Positions 41,826-51,103 of a stretch of DNA of 64,000 nucleotides are shown piece by piece. The DNA comes from an uncultured Gammaproteobacteria bacterium (lineage in GTDB: Bacteria; Patescibacteriota; Microgenomatia; Daviesbacterales; UBA10151), in contig CAZDFU010000003.1 of the NCBI GenBank assembly GCA_964504985.1, positions 822 through 64,821 of the forward strand, in the 5' to 3' direction. Under the pieces are notes generated by a model. It ran no database searches. It saw only the letters and a list, made by a program, of their open reading frames with translations, and was not told the origin of the DNA. Both the position numbers and the translations under genes were made by a program. Positions within the stretch are counted from its first letter, which is position 1. Every line of letters starts with the position of its first letter.

Positions 41826-43610
41826 TCATTTTTTTTGTTCAATCTCCTGATTAATTTTCTCTAAGAATTCTAAAACCGGCATTGCTCCTAAATCTTTCCC
41901 GTCTCTTGTCCTGACAGCTGCTTGTTTTCCTTCTTTCTCCCTGTCTCCTGCAATTAACATATAAGGGATTTTTTGCATTTGAGCATCTCTTATTTTAGAT
42001 TGCATTTTTTCAGCCCTTGAGTCTATCTCAACTCTGATATTTGAATCTTTAAGTTGTTCGAGTACATTTTGTGCATATTCAATGTGACGGTCTGCAATGG
42101 GTATAATTTTTACCTGAACTGGTGCAAGCCATGTTGGAAAAGCTCCACCTGTATGTTCAATATAAACAGACAAAAATCTTTCAATAGACCCCAGCAGAGC
42201 AAAATGAATCATAACAGGAGTTTGTTCAATGCCTTTTTCATCAACATACTTTAAACCAAATCTTTTAGGTTGGACAAAATCCAATTGTGGAGTGGCCAAC
42301 TGCCATTCCCTGCCTAAGGCATCTGTTACCATAAAATCAATTTTAGGCCCATAAAATGCAGCCTCACCCTCTGCTGCAAAATAATCCAATTCATTTTCTT
42401 TAGCTACCTCCAAAAGGATCTGTTGAGCCCTGTCCCAATTCTCAGCTTCCCCTAAGTATTTTTCTGAGTTGTTAGGGTCTTTAAAAGAAAGCCTGGCTTT
42501 AAACCTCATTCCTAAAGCACCATAAAATTCTTTCACCACATCAATTAAGAGTTGATAAATTTCTTTAACTTGACCAATTGTGCAAAAAGTGTGACTGTCA
42601 TCCTGAGTTGCTGATCTGACTCTTGAGAGTCCGATTAATTCTCCTGCTTTTTCATCCCTATAAATGGTTGTTGTTTCCATATATTTAATTGGTAAATCTT
42701 TATAGCTTTTTTGAGATGAAGCATAAATTTGTTGGTGGTGTGGGCAGTTCATAGGTTTTAAAACCATCTGATCTTCTGTTTCCTGACTCTTAACCAAAAA
42801 TAATTCATCTCCAAATTTATCCCAGTGGCCGGAGGTTTTATAAAGATCTGTTTTAGCAATATGAGGAGTCCAAACTTTTTGAAAGCCCCTTTTAAGCCTT
42901 AACTCCTGTGAGAAGTTATTTAATAATTCTCTGAGTAAAGTTCCTTTTGGAGTAAATAATGGTAAACCCTTACCAACTAAATCTGAAAAAGTAAAAAGGT
43001 CTAATTCCCTCCCTAATTTTCTATGGTCTCTTTTTTTGGCTTCTTCCTGCATTTTAAGGTACTCATCTAATTCTTGTTGATTTGGAAAAGATGTCCCATA
43101 AATTCTGGTAAGCATTTTAGCCTTAGCGCGGTCAGCGTCTGAGGTTAGGCTCTGCTTATTTTTCTCCGAACCTCTCCAATATGCTCCAGCAATATGGGTT
43201 AATTTAAACGCACTGATATCTTTAGAAGGATTTTCACTATGCCCTCCACGGCAGAGATCTTCAAATCCGCCTGATTTATATAAAGTAATAGGTTCACTCT
43301 TTTTTATGATTTCCCCAATAAGCTCTAATTTATAAGGGTTATTTTTATAGATTTCTTTGGCTTCATCTGCAGAAACTTCCCTTTTTTCAAATTTAATCCA
43401 GGAGGGCAAAAGTTTTTTCATGACTTCTTCAATTTTTGGCAAATCCTCTTCAGAAATAGTTTGGTCACCAAAATCAAAATCATAGTAGAAACCATTCTCA
43501 ATAGCAGGTCCAATTGTGGGTTTGGCATCTGGCCAAAGTTGTTTCACAGCTGCTGCAAGTAAATGAGCACAAGAGTGCCTTATGTTATTTAACATGTCTT
43601 TATTTTCCAT
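41826..43610 (-). CDS. thrS: Threonyl-tRNA synthetase (lacks N-terminal TGS extension)
   Basis: HSCAHLLAAAVKQLWPDAKPTIGPAIENGFYYDFD (second additional domain zinc motif), class II core, C-terminal anticodon-binding domain. Confidence 0.9.
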   Translation of the reverse strand: MENKDMLNNIRHSCAHLLAAAVKQLWPDAKPTIGPAIENGFYYDFDFGDQTISEEDLPKIEEVMKKLLPSWIKFEKREVSADEAKEIYKNNPYKLELIGEIIKKSEPITLYKSGGFEDLCRGGHSENPSKDISAFKLTHIAGAYWRGSEKNKQSLTSDADRAKAKMLTRIYGTSFPNQQELDEYLKMQEEAKKRDHRKLGRELDLFTFSDLVGKGLPLFTPKGTLLRELLNNFSQELRLKRGFQKVWTPHIAKTDLYKTSGHWDKFGDELFLVKSQETEDQMVLKPMNCPHHQQIYASSQKSYKDLPIKYMETTTIYRDEKAGELIGLSRVRSATQDDSHTFCTIGQVKEIYQLLIDVVKEFYGALGMRFKARLSFKDPNNSEKYLGEAENWDRAQQILLEVAKENELDYFAAEGEAAFYGPKIDFMVTDALGREWQLATPQLDFVQPKRFGLKYVDEKGIEQTPVMIHFALLGSIERFLSVYIEHTGGAFPTWLAPVQVKIIPIADRHIEYAQNVLEQLKDSNIRVEIDSRAEKMQSKIRDAQMQKIPYMLIAGDREKEGKQAAVRTRDGKDLGAMPVLEFLEKINQEIEQKK

Positions 43611-43652
43611 GGCTTCAATATAACAGAAATACCCTTATTTTGAATAGTCTCA

Positions 43653-43862
43653 TTAAGGCTTAGGTTCCTGTTTTTCAAATACTTCTAGCTTTCCCACATG
43701 GAATGCGGGAGCCTTAAGTTGTTGTGGCGCATCAATTCTATCAGGCAATTCCCGCCTGACAAATTCAGGACTTATTGGATGCCCAAGCTCGCGTGCTCTG
43801 TTGCTCATATCAGAACCAATATATATAAGTCTTTCTGTCATTTTTACCTCCTTTCTTTGCAT
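43653..43862 (-). CDS. Hypothetical small protein (69 aa); C-terminus encoded by repeat family 2 copy
   Basis: ORF; last 14 codons lie in repeat 43686-43719. Confidence 0.3.
   Translation of the reverse strand: MQRKEVKMTERLIYIGSDMSNRARELGHPISPEFVRRELPDRIDAPQQLKAPAFHVGKLEVFEKQEPKP
43686..43719 (+). repeat. Short palindromic repeat family 2, copy A (tagctttcccacatggaatgcgggagccttaagt)
   Basis: Near-identical to 44243-44276; hairpin cccacat-gga-atgtggg. Confidence 0.7.
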
Positions 43863-43983
43863 TAAAAAAGCCTCCTTCCGGAGGCTTGTCTTTGTTTAGT
43901 GTCTGACCTAAACTTACACTACAAAACCTCCCCTATTAAAAGTGGTAATTGTAGTACAACAATTTTGAGAAAAATTAATCATT

Positions 43984-44193
43984 TTATTTAAACTGCTCAA
44001 AAAAAGTATTTAATCCTGTAAATGCTCCTATGAGATTTAAGAAATATATTATAACACCAACTACAACAGATGCTCCCAAAGCTGACCCCACTCCCCAGGC
44101 TATTCCTCCTAAAAAATTCCCAATAATAATATCCTTTTTCTTAATTTCCATATTAGCTGTTAGGTGTCTTTTGATTTCCTTAGTAGCCTTCAC
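43984..44193 (-). CDS. Small hydrophobic membrane protein (69 aa)
   Basis: IIIGNFLGGIAWGVGSALGASVVVGVIIYFLNLIGAF; bracketed by family 2 repeats. Confidence 0.45.
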   Translation of the reverse strand: MKATKEIKRHLTANMEIKKKDIIIGNFLGGIAWGVGSALGASVVVGVIIYFLNLIGAFTGLNTFFEQFK

Positions 44194-44242
44194 TGGATAT
44201 ATATTAAGTGGTAAAGAAGAGATTGTAAAGGTGATTAGTATT

Positions 44243-44276
44243 TAGCTTTCCCACATGGAATGTGGGAGCCTCAAGT
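44243..44276 (+). repeat. Short palindromic repeat family 2, copy B
   Basis: tagctttcccacatggaatgtgggagcctcaagt; abuts tRNA-Val. Confidence 0.7.
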
Positions 44277-44284
44277 AAGGTGGT

Positions 44285-44357
44285 GTGGGCAGTAAGGGAC
44301 TTGAACCCCTGACATCGTTCACGTCAAGAACGCGCTCTACCAGCTGAGCTAACTGCC
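44285..44357 (-). tRNA. tRNA-Val (anticodon GAC)
   Basis: Minus-strand GGGCAGTTAGCTCAGCTGGTAGAGCGCGTTCTTGACGTGAACGATGTCAGGGGTTCAAGTCCCTTACTGCCCA; cloverleaf with 7-bp acceptor, TTGACGT anticodon loop. Confidence 0.9.
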
Positions 44358-44441
44358 CTAAAATTTCAATGAATCACAATGCAATTTCAAACTATGATGA
44401 TCCGAAGGTTATTTTATGTTATGACTATAATTTATTCAAGT

Positions 44442-45095
44442 TTAACCTGTGGCTTTAGTAAAGTGACCAAAATCTTCCGCGCCTTTAAGTAATTCATTCT
44501 CACCCATCATGCCCCCTGGTTGTTTTCCTGTAACTTGAGCTATTTGATTTTGTCTTTTTTCCTTTAACTGCTGCTCAGAAAGTTTTGAATTTGCCTGTTC
44601 AAAATATGTTTGTACATCAACCCTTAAAGCACCATTTTCATTCACAGTTCCTTCATAGCTGAGGTTAGAGATACCCCCAATTGTTTTATTAACATTCTCT
44701 ATCATTTGAGCCCTCATCTTTTTTTGTTCCTCCTCTGATCTAACCTGGGTTTGTTGTTGAGCTATTTCCTTTTGTTTTGCCACCCTTTTTTGATTATTCT
44801 GGACCTCCTCTTTTTCTTTGGGGTTGTTAAACTTTATTTCTGTTTGGCCTCCGATTTGGGTTTTTGAGGTTTCTTTAGAAGTTCCTGCAATATCTACAAA
44901 TAACTCACCTATAGCATTACCTGCATCAGCCAGAAAACTTCCTCCATTTTTTACTAATTGAACAGGATCAGGAGTAAAACTGGATAAATCAGGAAATAGG
45001 CTTGAAGAATTACTATCTGAATTTGCTTCAGACTCAAAACGTCTTTCATCATATTCCCAGGGTGCAGTTTGAGGCACAAGTGAGTTGTTATTCAT
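44442..45095 (-). CDS. Hypothetical coiled-coil protein (217 aa)
   Basis: ORF; Q/K/E-rich central region. Confidence 0.4.
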   Translation of the reverse strand: MNNNSLVPQTAPWEYDERRFESEANSDSNSSSLFPDLSSFTPDPVQLVKNGGSFLADAGNAIGELFVDIAGTSKETSKTQIGGQTEIKFNNPKEKEEVQNNQKRVAKQKEIAQQQTQVRSEEEQKKMRAQMIENVNKTIGGISNLSYEGTVNENGALRVDVQTYFEQANSKLSEQQLKEKRQNQIAQVTGKQPGGMMGENELLKGAEDFGHFTKATG

Positions 45096-45335
45096 ATTAT
45101 TGGAATTTTACTACTTCCGCCTTAGAAGTCAAATCAAAATATTGTAAGAAATTAATTAGTGCTGAGAGGATAAAGTCCTGATTGAACCTGTCCTCTGTAT
45201 CAATAGCCTCAATTATACAACTTTCCTTCCTAATCTGCAAGAAACGCAGCTGTTGCCCGCACAATAAAACACTATTTGTATATAGATCTAGTGTAGTGTA
45301 TTGACAAGTTTAGTTGTTTATAGTAAAGTTTAGAT

Positions 45336-45596
45336 ATGTTTAGTAATGTCAAGAAAGTGTATACTCCAGAACAAGTAGCAGAAATGCTGCAGCTTAATAA
45401 AGCTACCATTTATGATCTTATTTCCCGGGGCGAGATAATTGCCAAAAGAATCGGTAAGGTCTATAGAATACCTGCCAGTTCTATTTCTTTTGTCTTTACT
45501 GGTTTAGATGCAGACCTTTTGGAAGCCCAAAAAGAAGACCTAAAGAAGCTTTCTGAAATAGAAACGGAAATTTCCAAAGCTAGAGCAAAACTGTAA
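45336..45596 (+). CDS. Excisionase/MerR-like HTH_17 DNA-binding protein (putative antitoxin)
   Basis: YTPEQVAEMLQLNKATIYDLISRGEIIAKRIGKVYRI; stop overlaps PIN gene start (TAATG). Confidence 0.6.
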   Translation: MFSNVKKVYTPEQVAEMLQLNKATIYDLISRGEIIAKRIGKVYRIPASSISFVFTGLDADLLEAQKEDLKKLSEIETEISKARAKL

Positions 45597-46021
45597 TGGC
45601 TCTTAAGGTTTTTATTGACTCTGATGTGGTTATATCATCACTTATTTCTTCTGAGGGAGCAGCATACCTTCTAATTAATAATGTTTTAGACTTAGAACTC
45701 TATATTTCCAACCTATCTTTAAAAGAACTAGAAGTAGTGGCAGAAAGATTAAAGTTAGAGAAAAATCTGCTTACAGAATTGGTAAGCAAAAGGTTCCAAA
45801 AGGTAGATTTAAAAGACTCTAATGAAAAAATAAAACACTTATTTGATGATTATGTCCTGGATATAGATGATGCCCATATAGCTGCTGGAGCAAAGGAGGG
45901 CAAGGTTAGATTTTTAATATCATATAATCTCAGGCATTACAAATTAGATAAAATCAAAAAAGATTTTGGTATTATTGTACTTACTCCTGCTCAGTTCCTG
46001 CAATACTTACGGAGCCTTTAA
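45596..46021 (+). CDS. PIN-domain protein (VapC-like putative toxin)
   Basis: VFIDSDVVIS (first acidic residue), DIDDAHIAAGA, PIN size 141 aa. Confidence 0.55.
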   Translation: MALKVFIDSDVVISSLISSEGAAYLLINNVLDLELYISNLSLKELEVVAERLKLEKNLLTELVSKRFQKVDLKDSNEKIKHLFDDYVLDIDDAHIAAGAKEGKVRFLISYNLRHYKLDKIKKDFGIIVLTPAQFLQYLRSL

Positions 46022-46074
46022 AACATAGAGTCCTATAGTTGATAACTACAATCTTCTTTGTTAGGATTATTGTC

Positions 46075-46938
46075 ATGAATGAGGCTCTAGCACCATATAT
46101 AGCTAAACATATTGACTTTCCCAGCTCAGAAAAATCTGGTGGAGCACAGCGATATCTAACTCTAGCGAAAAGGATTTCAACTCCTAAGGGAACAGCTACA
46201 GAGTTAGTATTTCATTATACTAGAATTTTGGATGATGCTGTGGATGAATCGTCGGAAGTGTTGCCAATAAAAAAAGCCTTAAAAGAGGAGAGAGATGGTT
46301 TAAAGGCCGGACCTTTTACAGTATTACAACAAGAATTACTTGCTCCTGGGATTGAAATTTACCCTTGGTATATACAAGATCAGATTAGGCTTGAAATGCG
46401 AAAAGTAATTACAGGACTATTAATGGATTTGGAACTTAGATATGTTAGCACCGCTCCTGAAGAATCAGATTTAAAATATAGAAATTTAATGGATTTTTGG
46501 GCAGCGTTTAATATCTTAAATCTAGGTTGGTCAGGCAAAAAATTAACTGCTAAACGTAAAGCAGTGGAGTTAGTTAATGCCTGGGCAACTCATGACAATA
46601 CTTTAGATTTAGCAGAGGATTTAAATGGCGGGTTAATACTCGTGAATAAGGGTAACTGTGAAAGGTTTGGACTAGAATTTATGGATGGAGAACTTGTAAA
46701 CCCTCAAGGATTGAGAATGTACTCGCAATACCAGAAAACCAAACTTGCCACAGTTTTCAGAGAAAATAGAAGTGCTGTTTTTGGAATTGGTCTACCTGTT
46801 TGGAGTGCAGCCCTGATGTTCCTATATTTTGGAAGACGGCCAAAGGTAAAAGCCATTGATTCATTTACAGGGGAAGGGATAGTTTTTAGAGCGCCATTAG
46901 ATTCTATCCATAGGATTACTGATAAGCACAAGAGTTGA
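46075..46938 (+). CDS. Hypothetical protein
   Basis: ORF; ATG at 46075 preferred over upstream TTG at 46039. LDDAVDE resembles an Asp-rich DDxxD-type motif but fold unassigned. Confidence 0.4.
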   Translation: MNEALAPYIAKHIDFPSSEKSGGAQRYLTLAKRISTPKGTATELVFHYTRILDDAVDESSEVLPIKKALKEERDGLKAGPFTVLQQELLAPGIEIYPWYIQDQIRLEMRKVITGLLMDLELRYVSTAPEESDLKYRNLMDFWAAFNILNLGWSGKKLTAKRKAVELVNAWATHDNTLDLAEDLNGGLILVNKGNCERFGLEFMDGELVNPQGLRMYSQYQKTKLATVFRENRSAVFGIGLPVWSAALMFLYFGRRPKVKAIDSFTGEGIVFRAPLDSIHRITDKHKS

Positions 46939-47025
46939 ACCTAAAATTAGCCTTAAACACTGTGTTCTTCTAGCCGTTGTCCCTCTCCCCGTCCACCCAC
47001 TTGTGGTGAGATGGGACGGGATAGG

Positions 47026-47108
47026 TGCGGACGAGAGGAGTTGAACCTCCACGCCCTTGCGGGCAATAGGTCCTAAACCTATCGTGTATGCCGTTTCACC
47101 ACGTCCGC
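47026..47108 (-). tRNA. tRNA-Leu (anticodon TAG), class II long variable arm
   Basis: Minus-strand GCGGACGTGGTGAAACGGCATACACGATAGGTTTAGGACCTATTGCCCGCAAGGGCGTGGAGGTTCAACTCCTCTCGTCCGCA. Confidence 0.85.
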
Positions 47109-47130
47109 ATATGGGACTTATTTTAACAGA

Positions 47131-47889
47131 TCAGCCAAATTTTTTAATTGTGTTGTTGTGGGTTTTGTTTTCCAACTCATCATCAAGCGGGGCAAGATTA
47201 ATTTCTTTTCCATATTTTACCTCTAAAGCTTTTTTCAAAAGCCAGTCAGCTAACTTTGGATTTTTAGGTAAAAGTGAACCATGCATATAAGCCCCAATGG
47301 CATTTTTATAAATACAACCTTCTGTTTGATCTTCACCATTATTACCAAAGCCTTTAGACACCAGTCCTAAAGGAGTTGCCCCCTTTTTAAGAAAAGTTTT
47401 ACCTGAATGATTTTCAAAACCAACTAACTTGCCAAACATTGTATCAATAACAATATTCCCAATCATTCTTTGATCAGAAGCTAAGGTATAGGCTGGGAAA
47501 AGTCCAACTCCTTTAAGTCTGGGGCCTTTATGAGGTTGATAATATTCTCCCAATAGTTGATAGCCTCCACAAATAGAAAGCAGAGGTATCCCCCTTTCTA
47601 CTTCTTTTTTAATAAACTTTCCTTTACCAGAAGTTATTAAATCTTTAGCTACCAGCTCTTGTTGTTGATCCTGCCCTCCCCCAAAAAAATATAGGTCTGC
47701 TTTTTGTCCACCTGGGAGGTGTCTACCTAGTCCACCTGGGAGGTGGACTGCGTTGGTACCTAGGGAAATATTAATAATTTTTACTTTAATTCCCCTCCAC
47801 TGGGCACGTTTTTTTAAGGTAATAATATTGCCTGTGTCTCCATAAATATTCATCAAATCACCATATAAATAACCCACAACAATTTTCAA
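47131..47889 (-). CDS. gatD: Lipid II isoglutaminyl synthase glutaminase subunit GatD (CobQ-like GATase); carries an in-frame repeat-element insertion
   Basis: Collinear with S. aureus GatD (IYGDTGNIITLKKRAQWRGIKV..., ICGGYQLLG catalytic Cys, GFENHSG). 13 extra residues HLPGGLGRHLPGG encoded by repeat family 1 copy. Confidence 0.8.
   Translation of the reverse strand: MKIVVGYLYGDLMNIYGDTGNIITLKKRAQWRGIKVKIINISLGTNAVHLPGGLGRHLPGGQKADLYFFGGGQDQQQELVAKDLITSGKGKFIKKEVERGIPLLSICGGYQLLGEYYQPHKGPRLKGVGLFPAYTLASDQRMIGNIVIDTMFGKLVGFENHSGKTFLKKGATPLGLVSKGFGNNGEDQTEGCIYKNAIGAYMHGSLLPKNPKLADWLLKKALEVKYGKEINLAPLDDELENKTHNNTIKKFG
47701..47768 (-). repeat. Short palindromic repeat family 1, copy D (inverted orientation, inside gatD CDS, hairpin arm duplicated)
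   Basis: Minus-strand reads aatatttccctaggtaccaacgcagtccacctcccaggtggactaggtagacacctcccaggtggac. Confidence 0.7.
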
Positions 47890-47893
47890 TTTA

Positions 47894-49207
47894 TTACTCC
47901 TCCTCCCAATAATTTTTTTTAATGTCTGATTTTACCAGTATTCTTTGTAGATCAAGCATGGCTGTATAAGTAGGCAGGATAAATAGCTGCCCTTTTAAGC
48001 CCTTTTGAGCCTCTTTAAGAGCCTTTTTCAGGTTCTCTTCTACCTTTATCTGGTTAATATTAAATCCTGCATATTTGAGCCTGACAGCCATATCATATGC
48101 CCTGGTGCCGGAACAAACAATTTTCAATTCTCCTCTACCGCGGGTTTTCTGATCTTTCACAGAATAGTCTGCGTCTATTTTTAATTTTTCAAACTCCCCA
48201 TCCCAGATCCAGGATACATCTGTTCCATCTGCCAAATTATCATTTAGGGCGAAAAGCAACCTGTCTGCTGGTTTAATCTGCGGGGCAATTGTTTCAAAAA
48301 CCTGGGTAGCACCTGCTGGGTTTTTGATTAGGAAAATATACCCGAAAGGTAATTTTTCTACCCTGCCAAAAGCTGGCTGGTAATTTAAAAGAGAAGAAAT
48401 AATTTTGGCTGCAGAAATGTTTAGGTTAGAGGCACATGCTATGGCAGCTGTAGCATCATATATATGGTAAATACCTGGAATGGGTAGGTTAACAGATAAT
48501 AGTTTATTATTAGTAGGCAGTAGAAAAGAGCTTCCTAAAAGTCCTTTTGTTTTGACTTTTTTTGCTTCAAAATCAGGTTTATACCTTCTTTTTTTCCCTA
48601 TACCCTCCCCTGCTATTTTAGAACCCTCTACCCCAAAAGTTTTAACACGTCCTTTAAAGGCCTCTTTTAGTTTTAAAGTATTGGCATCATCACCATTTAC
48701 CAAAATTATTGTTTCAGGAGAAAGTTTTTTTAATGTCTCACACCACCTTTTAACAATAGTATCTACCTCCCCATACCTGTCCAACTGGTCTCTGAAAATA
48801 TTTAAAAATACCACCATAGCAGGATTCAGTTTAGGAGCAACAGAGTTAAAAGCAGCCTCATCCAACTCCCATATCCCCAGATCATAGTTAAAATTCCCAT
48901 TTGAAATGCGGGAGGCTGAAATTAGGGTTGAGGCTATGCCTCTTTCCAAATTTGAGCCTGTATGGTTTCTGATTACCTTAAGGTTTGATGTTTTGGCAAT
49001 ATGGGCCAGCATTCTGGCTGTGGTGGTTTTACCATTTGTACCAGTGATAATAATATTTTTAGGGATATTAAGACTAAGTTTTTGAACAAGAGAAGGGTCT
49101 ATTTTAAGAGCATATAAACCAGGGGCTGCAGAGCCGCCACTCAACTTTAATTTTCTAACAAAAGAACGGATTAGTTTACCGGCTAAAACTGCAGTGAATG
49201 TTCTCAT
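47894..49207 (-). CDS. murT: Lipid II isoglutaminyl synthase MurT (Mur ligase family + DUF1727)
   Basis: ITGTNGKTTT P-loop, Mur ligase middle domain, adjacent to gatD with 4-nt gap. Confidence 0.8.
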   Translation of the reverse strand: MRTFTAVLAGKLIRSFVRKLKLSGGSAAPGLYALKIDPSLVQKLSLNIPKNIIITGTNGKTTTARMLAHIAKTSNLKVIRNHTGSNLERGIASTLISASRISNGNFNYDLGIWELDEAAFNSVAPKLNPAMVVFLNIFRDQLDRYGEVDTIVKRWCETLKKLSPETIILVNGDDANTLKLKEAFKGRVKTFGVEGSKIAGEGIGKKRRYKPDFEAKKVKTKGLLGSSFLLPTNNKLLSVNLPIPGIYHIYDATAAIACASNLNISAAKIISSLLNYQPAFGRVEKLPFGYIFLIKNPAGATQVFETIAPQIKPADRLLFALNDNLADGTDVSWIWDGEFEKLKIDADYSVKDQKTRGRGELKIVCSGTRAYDMAVRLKYAGFNINQIKVEENLKKALKEAQKGLKGQLFILPTYTAMLDLQRILVKSDIKKNYWEEE

Positions 49208-49223
49208 CTTCTCAATCCAGAGG

Positions 49224-49838
49224 TTATCTTAACACAGGGGTTCCAGAAACAGCAGCAATTTTAGGGCTCTCTTGGGAACTTAGTAAATTATTTTGGTCTG
49301 CCTCATATTGAGCTGCAAAGGTATTCAGATCATTCATAAAGAAAGTTACATTAGCCCCCCACCTGGGTGAGGCAGCATAAACCCTGTTTATTGCATAAGG
49401 ATCTGTTAACCCCTTATTTAAGTACCCCTCCCTTAATCCTTTGGCAAGGGTAAAGATCCCATCCCTCCAGGAACTAAAATAAATAGCCTGAGTGCCATAT
49501 ACTCCCCATCCCCAGGCATTATAGCCTCCAGGTATCTGTTTACCAAAAGTAGATTCAACACCAGCAATAGAGGGGATTAGCTTCCAGTCCAAGTCATACA
49601 TTCTGGCAGCATCCACAAAATCCTGGGCATGATATTGCAAGGGTGAATCAAAGCGTGCCAGATATTTAGCTAAAATCTCAGCTTCTTTATTAAGTTTGCC
49701 TGCTGATATTTCTACGCCAGGATTGTTGGTTGGCAGATCAAGTTTAACTATTGTTTCTTCTGCTCCTGCTTTATGAAAAGTTGTAGGTGAGGAAAGGGCA
49801 AGAAAGAGAAAAGCTAAAATTGTTAGTTTTTTGCTCAT
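49224..49838 (-). CDS. Secreted peptidoglycan hydrolase, glucosaminidase (FlgJ C-terminal-like) family
   Basis: Signal peptide. LIPSIAGVESTFGKQIPGGYNAWGWG...GLTDPYAINRVYAASPRWGANV resembles mannosyl-glycoprotein endo-beta-N-acetylglucosaminidase domain. Confidence 0.5.
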   Translation of the reverse strand: MSKKLTILAFLFLALSSPTTFHKAGAEETIVKLDLPTNNPGVEISAGKLNKEAEILAKYLARFDSPLQYHAQDFVDAARMYDLDWKLIPSIAGVESTFGKQIPGGYNAWGWGVYGTQAIYFSSWRDGIFTLAKGLREGYLNKGLTDPYAINRVYAASPRWGANVTFFMNDLNTFAAQYEADQNNLLSSQESPKIAAVSGTPVLR

Positions 49839-49950
49839 TAAAAAATCCTGATTCAGCTTTAGGGCAGATATCAGGATTAAGGGGGTATTTTAGCAGATTT
49901 AACTTAAGAAGTCAAACATTATAGGGTAATATCTGGGCAAAATGAGTGGT

Positions 49951-50970
49951 TTAGGGGAGTTTTAAGATCACTTCTGCTAACTTTCTGCTGTTATGTCTGA
50001 ATAGATGCTCCCTGATATGATATATAGCCAGGTGTTCCTTAATTATTTTTGTATGCGGGGCAACTTTCTGGCATTCTTCCAGATCAATTTCCACAGGCTG
50101 CTGTTTATCTTTTTTATAAACTTTTAAAACTTCTTTATCCAAGCCATTGCTGTTTGCCAGCACATAATTTATATGTTTACCTTCCCCTAAATAATAAATA
50201 AAGGCTTTAAGGTAATCTGAGGCTTTAAAGTTATCTGTTTCCCCCATTTTAGTCATCAGATTTAAAACTAAATATACTTTTGCCTTAGATTGTTCTATAG
50301 CTTCTTTAATACCGCTGACTAAAAGGTGTGGCAGGACTGAGGTATATAAGTCTCCTGCTGAGAAAATAACTTTATCTGCTTCAAGTATGGCAGAAATTGC
50401 TTCTGGATTTGGGTCAGCAGCAGTTTCAAAATAAATCCTTGAGATTTTTTGTTTAGGGTTATAATCCTTTTTTTGGGCTCTTAAATCTATATTAGATTCA
50501 CCATTAAGCTCTTTGCCTCCCTCAAGTTTGGCCATCAAATTTAATTCAGAAATACTGACAGGATAAACTCTAGCTTTTATTCTAAAAAGCAGCCTTTCAG
50601 CTTCAACAGCCCTGTCAGGGCCTTTATAAATATGCTCCAGTCTTGCTGCTATCAAATTCCCTAAAGCATGTCCTTTTAGAGGACTTCTCATATTATCCAT
50701 CCTGTCATCAAAAAGTTTTTGGGCAACCTGACGCTGTTTGGGGTCCCCCATCAGGGCCAATAGGCACTGCCTGATATCCCCAGGGGGTAAAACACCAAGC
50801 TCTGTTCTTAATCTGCCAGAAGATCCTCCAGAGTCCCAGGTTCCTACAACAGCAGTAATAAGTTCTGGTTTGTTTAGTTCAACCAAACCTCTAAGAAGTG
50901 AAAAGTGGCCAGTTCCTCCACCCAGGGTGACAATTTTTTGGGCAAAAGGATGCTTTGTATTTGCTGCCAT
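49951..50970 (-). CDS. yvcK: Gluconeogenesis factor / YvcK-CofD family (UPF0052)
   Basis: KIVTLGGGTGHFSLLRGL...TAVVGTWDSGGSSGRLR. Start set at ATG 50970 (MAANTK) because the longer ORF would overlap a tRNA. Confidence 0.8.
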   Translation of the reverse strand: MAANTKHPFAQKIVTLGGGTGHFSLLRGLVELNKPELITAVVGTWDSGGSSGRLRTELGVLPPGDIRQCLLALMGDPKQRQVAQKLFDDRMDNMRSPLKGHALGNLIAARLEHIYKGPDRAVEAERLLFRIKARVYPVSISELNLMAKLEGGKELNGESNIDLRAQKKDYNPKQKISRIYFETAADPNPEAISAILEADKVIFSAGDLYTSVLPHLLVSGIKEAIEQSKAKVYLVLNLMTKMGETDNFKASDYLKAFIYYLGEGKHINYVLANSNGLDKEVLKVYKKDKQQPVEIDLEECQKVAPHTKIIKEHLAIYHIREHLFRHNSRKLAEVILKLP

Positions 50971-51019
50971 TTGAAGAATTATATCACTTTTTCTGCTAAA
51001 ATATGCTTGGGTCAAAAAT

Positions 51020-51103
51020 GCCCCGATGCTGGAACTGGTAGACAGGCTGGCCTCAGAAGCTAGTGCCAGAAATGGCGTGGGAGTTCGAATCTCCCTTGGG
51101 GCA
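51020..51103 (+). tRNA. tRNA-Leu (anticodon CAG), class II
   Basis: GCCCCGATGCTGGAACTGGTAGACAGGCTGGCCTCAGAAGCTAGTGCCAGAAATGGCGTGGGAGTTCGAATCTCCCTTGGGGCA. Confidence 0.85.
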
